Positions 42,822-52,134 of a stretch of DNA of 64,000 nt are shown here, in pieces. This stretch comes from Gaiellales bacterium. Its GTDB lineage: Bacteria > Actinomycetota > Thermoleophilia > Gaiellales > Gaiellaceae. The DNA is taken from positions 8,741-72,740 of the forward strand of contig JBBRZN010000007.1 of assembly GCA_038236705.1 (NCBI GenBank), in the 5' to 3' direction. The notes below the pieces were generated by a model that made no database searches, was not told where the DNA came from, and saw only the letters and a program-made list of their open reading frames with translations. Positions within the stretch are counted from its first letter, which is position 1. Every line of letters begins with the position of its first letter. The position numbers were made by a program, and so were the translations under genes.

Positions 42822-43676
42822 CTAATTGGCGGTGAGGCGTCGAAGCGATGCGCGAACAGCGCCGGGCGCCTCGACCCAAACGAAATGCCCGGCGCCCTCG
42901 GCCACCTCGACCCAGGCGCCCGGAATCCGCTCGGCTCCGTCCGTCGAAGCGGCGAGCGGCATCGGGCTCCGTGAGCCGTGGACAAAGCCGACGGGGACGC
43001 GAATCCCCGGCAGCCCCGCCTCGAGCGCCGGCAGCTCGGCCAGGATCGACGACACCATCTCGGCCGAGCGCGCGCTCGCAATTCGCAGCTCGGGCATCGG
43101 CGGTGCGCGCTCGGGATCCGCGAAGTATGCGGGCCAGACGAGGCGCATCCCCTCGAGCGCCAGCTCGTCGTCGGCCGCGCCGGCCATCGCGAGCTCGTCG
43201 AGCTCGCGAGCCCTCGCGCGCACGGCCTCAGGCGTCCGGCGGAAGAGCTCCTCGTCGAACTCCGGCCAACGTCCGTCGCCGACCGAGCCGAGCGGGTCGA
43301 CGGCGAGCACGCCGAGCAGCCGCTCCGGCATCGCCTGCGCAACGTGAAGGGCGAGTTGCCCGCCCCAGGAATGGCCGACCACGTATGCCCTCTCCCAGCC
43401 GAGCGCATCGAGGACGCGCCGGGCATCCCCGACATCCGCCGCCACCGTGCTCGGCCCTTCCGCCGCCGACGGCTCCTGCCCTCGCTGCTGGTACCACGCG
43501 ACGTCGTTCTCCTCCGCGAGCTCGTCGGCGAGATCGCGCAGGTAGTCGAAGCCGAGCCCGGGCCCTCCGTGCAGCAGGAGGACCGGTGGCCCACTGCCAG
43601 CGCGGCGACCCCCGATCAGCGGCCCGTCGTCGTGCGTCGTGAACTCGCTCCACTCCACCGACGGGGATCCTCTCAC
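42822..43676 (-). CDS. alpha/beta hydrolase (proline iminopeptidase-like)
   Basis: HGGPG oxyanion motif and the nucleophile elbow GHSWGG. 284 aa. Confidence 0.85.
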   Translation of the reverse strand: MRGSPSVEWSEFTTHDDGPLIGGRRAGSGPPVLLLHGGPGLGFDYLRDLADELAEENDVAWYQQRGQEPSAAEGPSTVAADVGDARRVLDALGWERAYVVGHSWGGQLALHVAQAMPERLLGVLAVDPLGSVGDGRWPEFDEELFRRTPEAVRARARELDELAMAGAADDELALEGMRLVWPAYFADPERAPPMPELRIASARSAEMVSSILAELPALEAGLPGIRVPVGFVHGSRSPMPLAASTDGAERIPGAWVEVAEGAGHFVWVEAPGAVRASLRRLTAN

Positions 43677-43726
43677 GCCCTGCCTGCAACCACGCCCGGC
43701 AGCTCTACGCCATAGGATCGACCCGT

Positions 43727-45601
43727 ATGGATGCGACCGCCGCAGCCGTCGGCGAGGTCACGCCCGAGCTCGTCATGGAGCTGCTGCGGCCGAGCGAGGT
43801 CGTGCTCTCGCCTGACGGAGCGCGCATCGCGTTCGGGGTCTCGGCCTCGTTCCGCGAGCGGGGGAAGCTGATCGAGACTCGACTCTGGACGGGTGACGTC
43901 GACGGCGAGCTCCGACCGGGCGAGGTGGGCACGCTGCCGCGCTTCTCGCCGGACGGGTCGCGCCTCGCCTTCGCCTCCGACCGGGAGCACCAGGGGCGCC
44001 GGTCGCTCTGGGTGGACGACTGCGAGCTCGGCGAGGTCGCGGGCTCCGTCGAGGACATCCACTGGTCGCCCGCCGGAACGCGGCTGCTCGTGCTCGCTGC
44101 CGACCTCGGGGCTGACCGCGCCGGCGCGGACTCGGCGACGAAGATCGAGGAGGCCGGCGCCGAGGCGCCGGATCCGAAGGTCCTCCGACCCGCGAAGTTC
44201 TGGAGACGACTGTGGCTTATCGACGCCGCGAGCGGCGAGACCCAGGACGTCACACCCGAGGGCGTCAACGTCTTCGAGGTCGGCTGGGCAGGCGGCAAGG
44301 CGGCAGCCGTCTGCGCCGACGAACCGTCGGAGAGCGCGTGGTACGACGCCTGGCTCGGCCTGATCGACCTTGACGCGCGCACGTTCGAGCGCGTGCATAC
44401 GCCGAAGTGGCAGCTCCAGGCGCCGCGGATCTCGCCCGGCGGGCAGGTCGCGTTCGTCGAGGGCTTCTCGTCCGACCGCGGCACGCTGGCCGGCACAGTC
44501 CACGTGCTTGGCAAGGGCGCCATCGCGCCCGAGCTGCACGCGACCTGGGTCGAGTGGGCCGACGAGAAGACGCTCTGGGTCGCGGGCTATCGCGACGCCG
44601 GGACGTTCGCCGGTCGCCTCTCGCTCGACGGCTCGTATCTGGAGCTCGTCGGCGGCAACCTAACCCTCGGCGACCGCCACAATCCGCGCTTCGCGGCCAG
44701 CGCCGACGGCTCGCGCATCGCGATGCCGCTCGAGACGCCGGACGAGCCCGCAGAGGTCGTGCTGATCGAGAACGGCGAGCGCCGGGCGCTGACGAGCCTC
44801 AATGCCCACCTGGCGGCGCAGCTTGCCAACGTCGAGTGGAGAGACTACCGCTGGACGTCGTTCGACGGCCTCGAGGTCCAGGGCCTGCTCGCCCTCCCAC
44901 GCAAGCGCGGCGACGGCCCGTTGATGTTCGTCGTCGACGTCCACGGCGGGCCGACCGGCTGCTGGTCGTGGGAGTTCGCTCCCGCCTACGGCTCCCCACA
45001 GCTCTACGCCTCTGAGGGGGTCGCGACGTTCCTTCCGAATGTCCGGGGCAGCGTCGGGCGCGGCCCGGACTTCGCAGAGGCCAACCTCGGAGACATGGGC
45101 GGCGGAGACCTGCAGGACATCCTCACGGGCGTCGAGGCACTCGTCAGCGACGGGATCGCCGAGTTCGACCGCATCGCAATCACCGGCGGGAGCTACGGCG
45201 GCTTCATGGCCTGCTGGGCGGTCACGCAGACCGACCGCTTCGCGGCGGCGATGCCGTTCGCGGTCGTCACCGATTGGGTCAGCTTCCACTTCACGACCAA
45301 CATCGGGCAGTTCGACCGGCTCTACCTGCAGGCCGACCCGCTCGACCCTGGCGGCGAGTACACGAAACGCTCGCCGCTCTACCACGCGGCGAAATGCAAG
45401 ACCCCGACGCTGATCCTGCACGGCGAGGACGACCTCTGCACCCCGCTCTCGCAGGCGGTCGAGTTCTACAACGCGCTCGTCGAGGCGGGCTGCGAGACGG
45501 AGCTCGTCGTCTACCCGCGCGAGGGCCACGGCTGGACGGAGCGCGAGCACCAGATCGACGCGTGGAACCGCGTGCGCGACTGGCTCGCGCGGCACCTGTA
45601 G
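43727..45601 (+). CDS. S9 family serine peptidase (prolyl oligopeptidase/acylaminoacyl-peptidase type)
   Basis: N-terminal beta-propeller-like repeats (FSPDGSRLAF, WSPAGTRLL). The C-terminal catalytic part has GGSYGG, HGEDDLCTP and REGHG. Confidence 0.9.
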   Translation: MDATAAAVGEVTPELVMELLRPSEVVLSPDGARIAFGVSASFRERGKLIETRLWTGDVDGELRPGEVGTLPRFSPDGSRLAFASDREHQGRRSLWVDDCELGEVAGSVEDIHWSPAGTRLLVLAADLGADRAGADSATKIEEAGAEAPDPKVLRPAKFWRRLWLIDAASGETQDVTPEGVNVFEVGWAGGKAAAVCADEPSESAWYDAWLGLIDLDARTFERVHTPKWQLQAPRISPGGQVAFVEGFSSDRGTLAGTVHVLGKGAIAPELHATWVEWADEKTLWVAGYRDAGTFAGRLSLDGSYLELVGGNLTLGDRHNPRFAASADGSRIAMPLETPDEPAEVVLIENGERRALTSLNAHLAAQLANVEWRDYRWTSFDGLEVQGLLALPRKRGDGPLMFVVDVHGGPTGCWSWEFAPAYGSPQLYASEGVATFLPNVRGSVGRGPDFAEANLGDMGGGDLQDILTGVEALVSDGIAEFDRIAITGGSYGGFMACWAVTQTDRFAAAMPFAVVTDWVSFHFTTNIGQFDRLYLQADPLDPGGEYTKRSPLYHAAKCKTPTLILHGEDDLCTPLSQAVEFYNALVEAGCETELVVYPREGHGWTEREHQIDAWNRVRDWLARHL

Positions 45602-45749
45602 CCGGCTGAGAGGGAATCCAAGGTCGGGCAGTGCCGACATGCACTGCTACCGTGGAAGCTCCACAGCGCGATCACGGGAACGTCGCGTTCAGCAGGCGCA
45701 GGCGCGCGCCGCTCAGGGGAGCGCGCGGCCTCCCACCGAAAGGACACGA

Positions 45750-45827
45750 ATGCGCGGGAAGATGCTCTGGTTCAACGCGGACAACGACTGCGGCCTCATC
45801 TGCAGCCGCCGGGGCGACCGGCCCTAG
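45750..45827 (+). pseudogene. 25-codon cold-shock-domain-like remnant
   Basis: MRGKMLWFNADNDCGLICSRRGDRP* resembles the first strands of CspA-type proteins (GxVKWFNxxKGFGFI), but the RNP1 motif is degenerate and the ORF stops early. SD GAAAGGA. Confidence 0.35.
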
Positions 45828-45833
45828 GCGCAG

Positions 45834-46001
45834 ATGGGCAAGAAGAAGCGGCAGACATTTGGGAAGCACGCCCGCGAGCGTGCGATCGAGGAGAAGCGCA
45901 GGCTCAAGCGCGAGAAGAAGCAGGCGACCGCAGCCGAGCGCCTAGCCGTCCCTGACCCCGAGCACGCGGACACGATCGTCCCGTCGGCTGACGGTGAATA
46001 G
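45834..46001 (+). CDS. 55-aa Lys/Arg-rich small protein (paralogue 2), not in ORF track
   Basis: MGKKKRQTFGKHARERAIEEKRRLKREKKQATAAERLAVPDPEHADTIVPSADGE. Same length and frame as 42600-42767. Confidence 0.65.
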   Translation: MGKKKRQTFGKHARERAIEEKRRLKREKKQATAAERLAVPDPEHADTIVPSADGE

Positions 46002-46114
46002 CGTGGATCGCGTTCCTCGCCGAGTGCTGAGGGCATCTCCGCGCAAAAGCGCGCCTACCGCGGTGCGAGTGCGAACGCCACCTATCGGCCCGCGAAGCCT
46101 GACGTCATCCAGCC

Positions 46115-46594
46115 CTACTTGAGCAAGCGGCGGGCGCCGGCGAACTCCGGGCGGAGCTGTGCCAGCGGGACGTAGCGGACGCGCTCACCCGTTTGCGGCG
46201 CCGAGATCGCTGTCTTCCTCGAGACGACCAGCTGGACGTGGCCGCCGCCCTCGGTGAAGAGCAGGTCGCCTGGCCTGACCCGCGCGAAGCCGACGGGCAG
46301 GCCCACGTGGAGCTGGTCCCGGGACGAGCGTGGGATCTCTCGCCCGATCGAGCGGTACGCGGCATAGACCAGGCCCGAGCAGTCGAAGCCGTCGGGGGAG
46401 GTGCCGCCCCAGCTGTAGGGGACGCCCACCTGCCGGCGGGCGTAGGCGACGACTTGCCGGGCAAGCTTCTGCGCACGGGTGGCGTGACTCTTCGTGGGAG
46501 GAGAGGATGGCCAATCGACGGCCGAAAGAGCGGACGAGGCCTGGCCGGCGGCAATGGTCACGGCCAGCACAAAGACGAGCAGTGGGGGGCGCAT
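46115..46594 (-). CDS. NlpC/P60 (C40) family cell-wall peptidase
   Basis: Signal peptide MRPPLLVFVLAVTIAAGQASSA and catalytic context GVPYSWGGTSPDGFDCSGLV...H. ATG at 46594. Confidence 0.85.
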   Translation of the reverse strand: MRPPLLVFVLAVTIAAGQASSALSAVDWPSSPPTKSHATRAQKLARQVVAYARRQVGVPYSWGGTSPDGFDCSGLVYAAYRSIGREIPRSSRDQLHVGLPVGFARVRPGDLLFTEGGGHVQLVVSRKTAISAPQTGERVRYVPLAQLRPEFAGARRLLK

Positions 46595-46742
46595 CGGGCC
46601 TGCATCGGCGCGATGCGGCCATCCTGAAGGGGTACGAGCGTCCCCCACGTGAGGGAATCCATGCCCGCAGCCGGTGTACTCATCTACGTTCGCGCGCTCG
46701 TCGTCGCTTCGCGATGGATCCCTCGATCGAGGCAGACGGGGT

Positions 46743-47201
46743 CTAGCGCGTCGGGCGCCGAAGCCGGGCAAGGTGATACGGAAGCGCGCCGAGGCACACG
46801 AGCTCGCGCGCCAGGAGCGCCACGGGTTGCCGGTCGGGAGGCGACGAGCTCTCCACGGAGACGCTCGGTTGCCGCAGGGCCGCGCGGACGAGCGCTCGGG
46901 CCCGTGGGGCGTGCCAGCGCGAGGTGACGACGACGACCTGGTCAGCGCCGAGGCGCCGCGCAGTCTCGGCCACTTCCGCGGCGTTCTCTCTCGTGTTTCG
47001 GGCCGTCGAGTCGGAGACGAGCGTCACCTCGGGGCCGTTCCACGCGGCACGCATCAGCTCCGCCTCGCCGGTGCCGTTCCTTTGCCGGGCCCAACCCGAG
47101 AGGAGGACCGTGTCGCCGTCGCCGGCGAGTTGCTCGGCGTGTTGGAGCCGCCCGGCGCAGAGGTCGTGGAGGCCGTGGTGGCGACGGCCGGAGTTAGCCA
47201 A
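46743..47201 (-). CDS. DUF218 (YdcF/ElyC-like) domain protein, short form
   Basis: LLSGWARQRNGTGEAELM...STARNTRENA...VVVVTSRWHAPRA match DUF218 core motifs. TTG start directly after the GT2 stop. The N-terminal strand seems to be missing. Confidence 0.65.
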   Translation of the reverse strand: MANSGRRHHGLHDLCAGRLQHAEQLAGDGDTVLLSGWARQRNGTGEAELMRAAWNGPEVTLVSDSTARNTRENAAEVAETARRLGADQVVVVTSRWHAPRARALVRAALRQPSVSVESSSPPDRQPVALLARELVCLGALPYHLARLRRPTR

Positions 47202-47222
47202 GGACGGCGACGAGGCGCACGC

Positions 47223-47944
47223 TCAGCGCCGCCGCCGGCGTTCGAGCGCCAGCAGCGTCCCGATGATCGTGATCACGACCATGGCCCCCTTCTTGCCCTG
47301 GAGCTTCGACTCGCCGCTCGCACGCGGGCGCATGTCGACTGGCACCTCGTCGACCCGCATCCCCGCCTCCTGGAGGCGCAGGAGCGCCTGCACCTCGGGC
47401 GCCTCGCTCGTGTAGGGGCGCGCGAGGAACGGCAGCGCCCTCGCGTTTGCGGCGTACATACCGCTCGTGGCGTCGAGGAACGGCTGGCGCAGCGCCACCT
47501 TCATCGAGCGCCGCAGGAGCGCGGTGCCGAACCGGCGCGCGGCACTCGGCTCGTAGCGGTAGGCGGAATAGCCGTCACCGCTGGCGAAGCGCGAGCCGAC
47601 GGCGACATCGCAGGCGCCCGCCCGCACGCGCCCGAGCAGGCGGGCCAGCTCCTCGACGGGATGCTGGCCGTCCGCGTCGACGCGGCCGCAGAACTCGTAG
47701 CCCTGCTCCGCCGCGTACCCGTAGCCGGCGGCGATGCCGGCCGGAAGGCCACGGTTCGTGCCGAACGAGATCACCTCGGCACCGTGGCTGCGTGCGACCT
47801 CGGCGGTGCGATCGGTCGAGCCGTCGTCGACCACGAGGACGTCGGCCTGTGGCAGCTCGCGCTGAAGCTCGTCGAGCACGGCCGGAAGATTTTTCTCCTC
47901 GTTCAAGCCGGCACGAACACGACCGTGTCGCTCCGGGGAGGCAT
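47223..47944 (-). CDS. family 2 glycosyltransferase (dolichyl-phosphate-sugar synthase-like), N-terminus in a different frame
   Basis: LNEEKNLPAVLDEL..VLVVDDGSTDRT..DADGQH is the GT2 core. The first 13 codons, MPPRSDTVVFVPA (ATG 47944), are in another frame and end at TGA 47903-47905. Confidence 0.8.
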
Positions 47945-47976
47945 GCGGGCCAGAGTAGCCCTGGAACACTGAGCCT

Positions 47977-48602
47977 GTGCCGTATGAGCTACGCGACGTC
48001 GCTCCCGGCCTCTGGATCTGGCGGCTCGAGCATCCGACTGGAAGCCCGGCCTGGGTTGGGAGCAGATGGTCACCTCGACCTGGGCCGAGTCCGCCGGTGA
48101 GATCGCGCTCCTCGATCCGCTCGCGCCACCGGACGACGCGCGGGAGATCTGGGACCGGCTCGACGCGCGGCCGCCGACGGTCGTCGCCGTCCTCAAACCC
48201 GATCACGTTCGCGATGTCGACCCCTTTGTTCGCCGCTACGGCGCGCGGGCGTTCGGGCCGGAGCTCCTTTGGCCCACAGACATCCCGGAGACCGAGCTCG
48301 AGCCCATCTGGCCGGGTAACGAGCTCCCGGGCGGGCTAGTCGCCCTCCACGACGGGCGAGGCCGAAACGAGACCCCGCTGTGGCTACCGGAGCAGCGCCC
48401 GCTCGTCTTCGCGGACGGGCTGACCGCGCCGGGAGGCAAGCTTCGGGTCTGGGCGACACCGTGGCACGAGGAGCGGGCGCTCCCAGCACTGCGGGCGCTG
48501 CTCGAGCTCCCGTTCGAGCACGTGATCGTGTCCCACGGCGAGCCGGTGCACGACCGAGCCGCGTATGAGCGGGCGCTCGAGCCTCCGCCCTGGACGGGCT
48601 AG
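47977..48602 (+). CDS. MBL-fold-like hydrolase family protein (apparent frameshift near 48036; ATG 48066 is the minimal start)
   Basis: Frame 1 reads MPYELRDVAPGLWIWRLEHP. It continues naturally as DWKPGLGWEQMVTSTWAESAGEIALLDPL in the frame of ORF 48066..48602. That N-terminal pattern is one I associate with actinobacterial MBL-fold proteins. Confidence 0.55.
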
Positions 48603-48623
48603 TCCCCCGCTAGCAGCGCGATC

Positions 48624-49007
48624 TCAGCCGGCCGCGTTGCGCGGGCCTTGCTGCCAGACGCCGACGACGTTCCCCGCCGGGTCGCGGAAAAGCGCCACCC
48701 ACAGGTCGCCCTCCGGATACGGGTCGGTCACGATCTCGCCGCCCTCGGCGACGATCTTCTCCATGGTTGCGTCGAGGTCGTCGACGAAGACGTACGGCCG
48801 CACGCCGCCCTCGCCGGCCACGGCGTGGTCGGCGCGGAAGTGGCCGATCACATGCCCGCTGCCGTCCTCGAAGGCAGGGTCGTCGCGGTCGCGCCTCGTC
48901 TTCCAGCCGAAGACCGCCTCGTAGAAGGCGGCCGACGCCTGCGGATCCGGCGCGGGGATGCGGAGGTAGGAGATCCCGCCGACCCTGAAGACCGGGTGCT
49001 GGCTCAC
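48624..49007 (-). CDS. VOC (glyoxalase/bleomycin-resistance) family protein
   Basis: 127 aa with ISYLRIPAPDPQASAAFYEAVFGW and DPAGNVVGVWQ. GTG at 49007 overlaps the upstream stop (GTGA). Confidence 0.85.
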   Translation of the reverse strand: MSQHPVFRVGGISYLRIPAPDPQASAAFYEAVFGWKTRRDRDDPAFEDGSGHVIGHFRADHAVAGEGGVRPYVFVDDLDATMEKIVAEGGEIVTDPYPEGDLWVALFRDPAGNVVGVWQQGPRNAAG

Positions 49008-49834
49008 GGGCCGGCCTCCTTCGCGACGAAAGCCGCGACGTCTCGGATCTGATCCGCGCTCAGCTGGCCCCTGAACGACGGCATTCCGCCGCCGCCCGCC
49101 TCGACCTTCACGCGCACAGACGTGAAGTCGGGCCGAGTCGAGTCGAGGTTCGGCCCGATCTGGCCGTCGGCTCCTGCGGCCTCGAGCGTGTGGCACGAGC
49201 CGCAGCCGGCGCTCTTGAAGACCTGCTCGCCGGCAGTCACGCTCGCAGCGGTTGGGATCGGTGAGCTCTTCGCCGGCGCTGCGGCGGCGGTGTTCTGGCT
49301 GTAGAGCCAGACGGCGCTCGTGTACCAGACACCGATCAGCACGGCGAAGAGCAGGCCGCCGGCGATCGGGAGCACGGGCCTCGGAAAGCGATGCAGCCGG
49401 ACGATCGTCACCTTCGCGGCGAACGCCCCGTAGACGGCGCAGCCGAGCAGCGAGTGGGCGAGCACGCGCGTCGTCGGCGAGCGGAAGCCGAGCTTGAAGA
49501 TGCAGTGGTAGGCGACCGACAGCGTGAACGCCAGTGCGAGGCGGCCCGACCAGCGGTGCAAGGGATTGACCCAGGCCAGTTTCTCCCAGGGCAGCTTCCT
49601 GAAGATCCAGGCCGCGGTGAAGAGCTGGAGGCACGCGAGCACGGTCGCGGCGCTCGCGAAGCCGGCCTTCAGGTGCAGCGGATCGCTGAAGAACAACCGG
49701 AAGTAGCCCTTCGAGCGTGGGTCGTGCGCCGCCAGCACTCCGGCTGTCAGCGAGAAGACGGCAAACGCGAGCAGCGGGGCGGCGACCCAGCGGTAGGAGC
49801 GCGGCTCCGGCGGGCCGGCGGTGAGCTCTGACAC
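49004..49834 (-). CDS. integral membrane protein fused to a C-terminal c-type cytochrome domain
   Basis: 4-5 TM segments, then the CGSCH heme-binding motif and GGGMPSF (Met ligand context). Confidence 0.75.
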   Translation of the reverse strand: MSELTAGPPEPRSYRWVAAPLLAFAVFSLTAGVLAAHDPRSKGYFRLFFSDPLHLKAGFASAATVLACLQLFTAAWIFRKLPWEKLAWVNPLHRWSGRLALAFTLSVAYHCIFKLGFRSPTTRVLAHSLLGCAVYGAFAAKVTIVRLHRFPRPVLPIAGGLLFAVLIGVWYTSAVWLYSQNTAAAAPAKSSPIPTAASVTAGEQVFKSAGCGSCHTLEAAGADGQIGPNLDSTRPDFTSVRVKVEAGGGGMPSFRGQLSADQIRDVAAFVAKEAGP

Positions 49835-49958
49835 AGCGCTATCGAATCGCAGTGGCAGCGACCACGCAAGATCCTTCGACGGCTAGGCTCGCCGGATCCT
49901 CGAGCTCGACACGCCCCACGGGCTCGCCCGGGCCCACCTCCACCCCGTCGACCGGCCA

Positions 49959-50492
49959 GTGGCGGCGCTCGTGCTCGGGCACGGGGCGGGCGGCGGGGTC
50001 AACGCGCCGGACCTCGTTGCGGCGACGACCGCTGCCAACGCGGCCGGGATCGCCGTTGCCCTCGTCGAGCAGCCGTACCGAGTAGCGGGCCGGCGCAGCC
50101 CGGCCCCCGCGCGCCAGCTCGATGCGGCCTGGACGGCGGTCCTCGAACAACTGCGCAACAACGCGCTGCGCGGGCTTCCGCTCATCGCCGGCGGGCGCTC
50201 CGCCGGCGCCCGGGTCGCCTGCCGCACGGCCGCGGACGTGGGCGCAGTCGCGGTGCTCTGCCTCGCGTTCCCGCTGCATCCGCCCGGCAAGGGCGACGAT
50301 CCCACCAAGAGCCGGCTGCCCGAGGTGGACGCGGTTGACCTACCGACGCTCGTCGTGCAGGGAGAGAGCGACCCGTTCGGGATGCCGCCGGACGGCCCGA
50401 GCCGAACGGTCGTCCGCGTTCCGGGCAACCACTCCCTTCGAGACACCGTCGCCGTCGCCGCGGCCGTGACCGGCTGGCTCGCGGATTTTTGA
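49959..50492 (+). CDS. alpha/beta hydrolase-fold protein (KANL3/Tex30-like, COG3571-type)
   Basis: LVLGHGAGGG, IAGGRSAGARVA (nucleophile elbow variant) and LVVQGESDPFG. The start is uncertain. Confidence 0.65.
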   Translation: MAALVLGHGAGGGVNAPDLVAATTAANAAGIAVALVEQPYRVAGRRSPAPARQLDAAWTAVLEQLRNNALRGLPLIAGGRSAGARVACRTAADVGAVAVLCLAFPLHPPGKGDDPTKSRLPEVDAVDLPTLVVQGESDPFGMPPDGPSRTVVRVPGNHSLRDTVAVAAAVTGWLADF

Positions 50493-50535
50493 GGGCGGCT
50501 GCCTGACGGCAGCCGCCCTCGAGCTGTCTGCTGAA

Positions 50536-51015
50536 CTAGGAGCAGGCCGCCGGCGGATCCGCCGGAATGGTTTGGCTCGGTGACCCGCTAGGGAGCACGA
50601 ACGTCGTGTAGGCGTCGAATCCGTCGTCCCGCGAGACCGCGCGGTGGACGTGTCCGAATCCAGGATCCATGAATCCGGTTCCAGCCGTGTGCCAGCTCGT
50701 CACGCACTCGCCCCGCACCTCGTGTTGGTACCCGAGCGACCCGCGCACGACCGTCACGATCGCCGGCCCAGGATGCGTGTGCCAGCCCAGAGCGCTGTTC
50801 GGCGCAAGCCGTAAGTGCCAGACGAACACGTCGGCGTGGTGATGCTTGACGGCTCGCGCAATGGGACTGATGTCGAAGTCGCCGACATCGCTGTGCGTCG
50901 CTAAGAAGCCGACCGGAACGGTCGCCGGATCGACCTGTGGCACGTGAGCGGCGCCAGCCACGCCGGCGAGCGCGATCGCCGCGACCGCGCTGGCGATCAT
51001 CCATCTGATGCGCAT
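50536..51015 (-). CDS. secreted cupin-domain protein
   Basis: Signal peptide MRIRWMIASAVAAIALAGVAGAA and cupin His motifs (GWHTHPGPAIVTVVRG...GHVH). Confidence 0.7.
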   Translation of the reverse strand: MRIRWMIASAVAAIALAGVAGAAHVPQVDPATVPVGFLATHSDVGDFDISPIARAVKHHHADVFVWHLRLAPNSALGWHTHPGPAIVTVVRGSLGYQHEVRGECVTSWHTAGTGFMDPGFGHVHRAVSRDDGFDAYTTFVLPSGSPSQTIPADPPAACS

Positions 51016-51157
51016 CGCATTACTCCCTCTCCCCGAGGCGTTCAGAGCCGCTGGGCGACCAAGCCCTGATTGTGGCGATAGTCTCTAACTCTCGCCGCCG
51101 CTCGTCAAGCGCTTATGGATGCTGATTGAGGCAGGTAAGTGATGATCGAGGCAACAG

Positions 51158-51694
51158 CTACTCGTCAACCATCGCGAGTAGGGCCTCGACCGTTGTCCAG
51201 TTTCGAGACGTGGCGGTAACGCCCAGGCTCTTGCCGGCGAGCATCGTCCAGAGGCGCGATCGGGCGATCGTCGTCGAGTGCCAGGCGTAGACCTCGCGAC
51301 CGCTCACGACGACCTGCTCTGACCCCGCGGCGGCGGCCTCGAGCTCGCGCACGACCTTCGCGGTGAGCTTCGCCGACAGGAAGCTCACCTGGTAGCGCTT
51401 GGGATCCTTCGCGACTTTCCCGAGCGGGTTCCGCTTCACGATCCTCGCGAGGTCGGCTCGCGTCCGCGCCACGACAGTGATCTCAAGGCCGAAGCGCTTC
51501 GCGATTACGCGCTCGCACTTCCGGGCCACGCTCTCGGGTTTCGCGGTGCTCTCGAGCACGACGTTGCCGCTCTGAAGGTACGTCCGCACGTCCTTGAAGC
51601 CGGCGTCCTCCAGCGCCTCGCGCAACTCCCCCATCGCAATCCGGTTGCGAGCGCCGAGATTGATGCCGCGAAGCAGGACGACGTGCCGGGCCAC
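51158..51694 (-). CDS. DUF1697 domain-containing protein
   Basis: MARHVVLLRGINLGARNRIAMGELREALEDAGFKDVRTYLQSGNVVL is the characteristic DUF1697 N-terminus. Confidence 0.85.
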   Translation of the reverse strand: MARHVVLLRGINLGARNRIAMGELREALEDAGFKDVRTYLQSGNVVLESTAKPESVARKCERVIAKRFGLEITVVARTRADLARIVKRNPLGKVAKDPKRYQVSFLSAKLTAKVVRELEAAAAGSEQVVVSGREVYAWHSTTIARSRLWTMLAGKSLGVTATSRNWTTVEALLAMVDE

Positions 51695-51708
51695 TAACGT
51701 GACGTTAA

Positions 51709-52134
51709 TTGCATCTAGGATCGCCGGGTGCCCGAGAACAACCGAAACGCCGCTTCCTGTCGCCGAAAAACCTGCCGACGCCGTTCGGGTATAGCCACGT
51801 CGTCGATTCGCCGGCGGACCGAATCATCTTCATCTCCGGACAGGTGCCGCTGGACGCGGAGGGTCGATTCGTCGGGGACGGCGACTTCGACGCGCAGGTG
51901 CGTCAGGTCTTCGACAACCTGACCGCTGCGCTCGACGCGGCCGATGCCACCTGGCCCGACGTGGTCAAACTCAACTACTACCTCGTCGACGTGGGTCAAA
52001 TCGCGTCCGTGCGAGCGATCCGGGACGAGTACGTCGACACGAAGCATCCGCCTGCGAGCACGCTCGTCGGGGTGAATCGGCTCTTCCGCGAGGACGTCCT
52101 GATCGACATCGACGCGGTTGCCGTCAAAGAGTGA
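51709..52134 (+). CDS. RidA/YjgF family reactive-intermediate deaminase
   Basis: PFGYSHVV..IFISGQVPLD...DVVKLNYYL...PASTLVGVNRL. The TTG start is uncertain. Confidence 0.85.
   Translation: MHLGSPGAREQPKRRFLSPKNLPTPFGYSHVVDSPADRIIFISGQVPLDAEGRFVGDGDFDAQVRQVFDNLTAALDAADATWPDVVKLNYYLVDVGQIASVRAIRDEYVDTKHPPASTLVGVNRLFREDVLIDIDAVAVKE

Noticed and set aside
46595-46742. ydaO/c-di-AMP riboswitch upstream of the NlpC/P60 hydrolase gene.
   Set aside because: The context is suggestive, since actinobacterial cell-wall hydrolases often carry it. However, the reverse-strand leader lacks the conserved GGGGGACCCA...GGGGUGAAUC...ACCCGA..CCG.CAGCUAA blocks and shows only a loose GGGGGAC.
51090-51115. Possible solo end of the TIR element (gctCGTCAAGCGCTTATGG vs tttCGTCAAGCCCTCTTGG).
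   Set aside because: Only about 12 of 16 nt match over a short stretch, and none of the internal conserved blocks is nearby. This is compatible with chance in GC-rich DNA.
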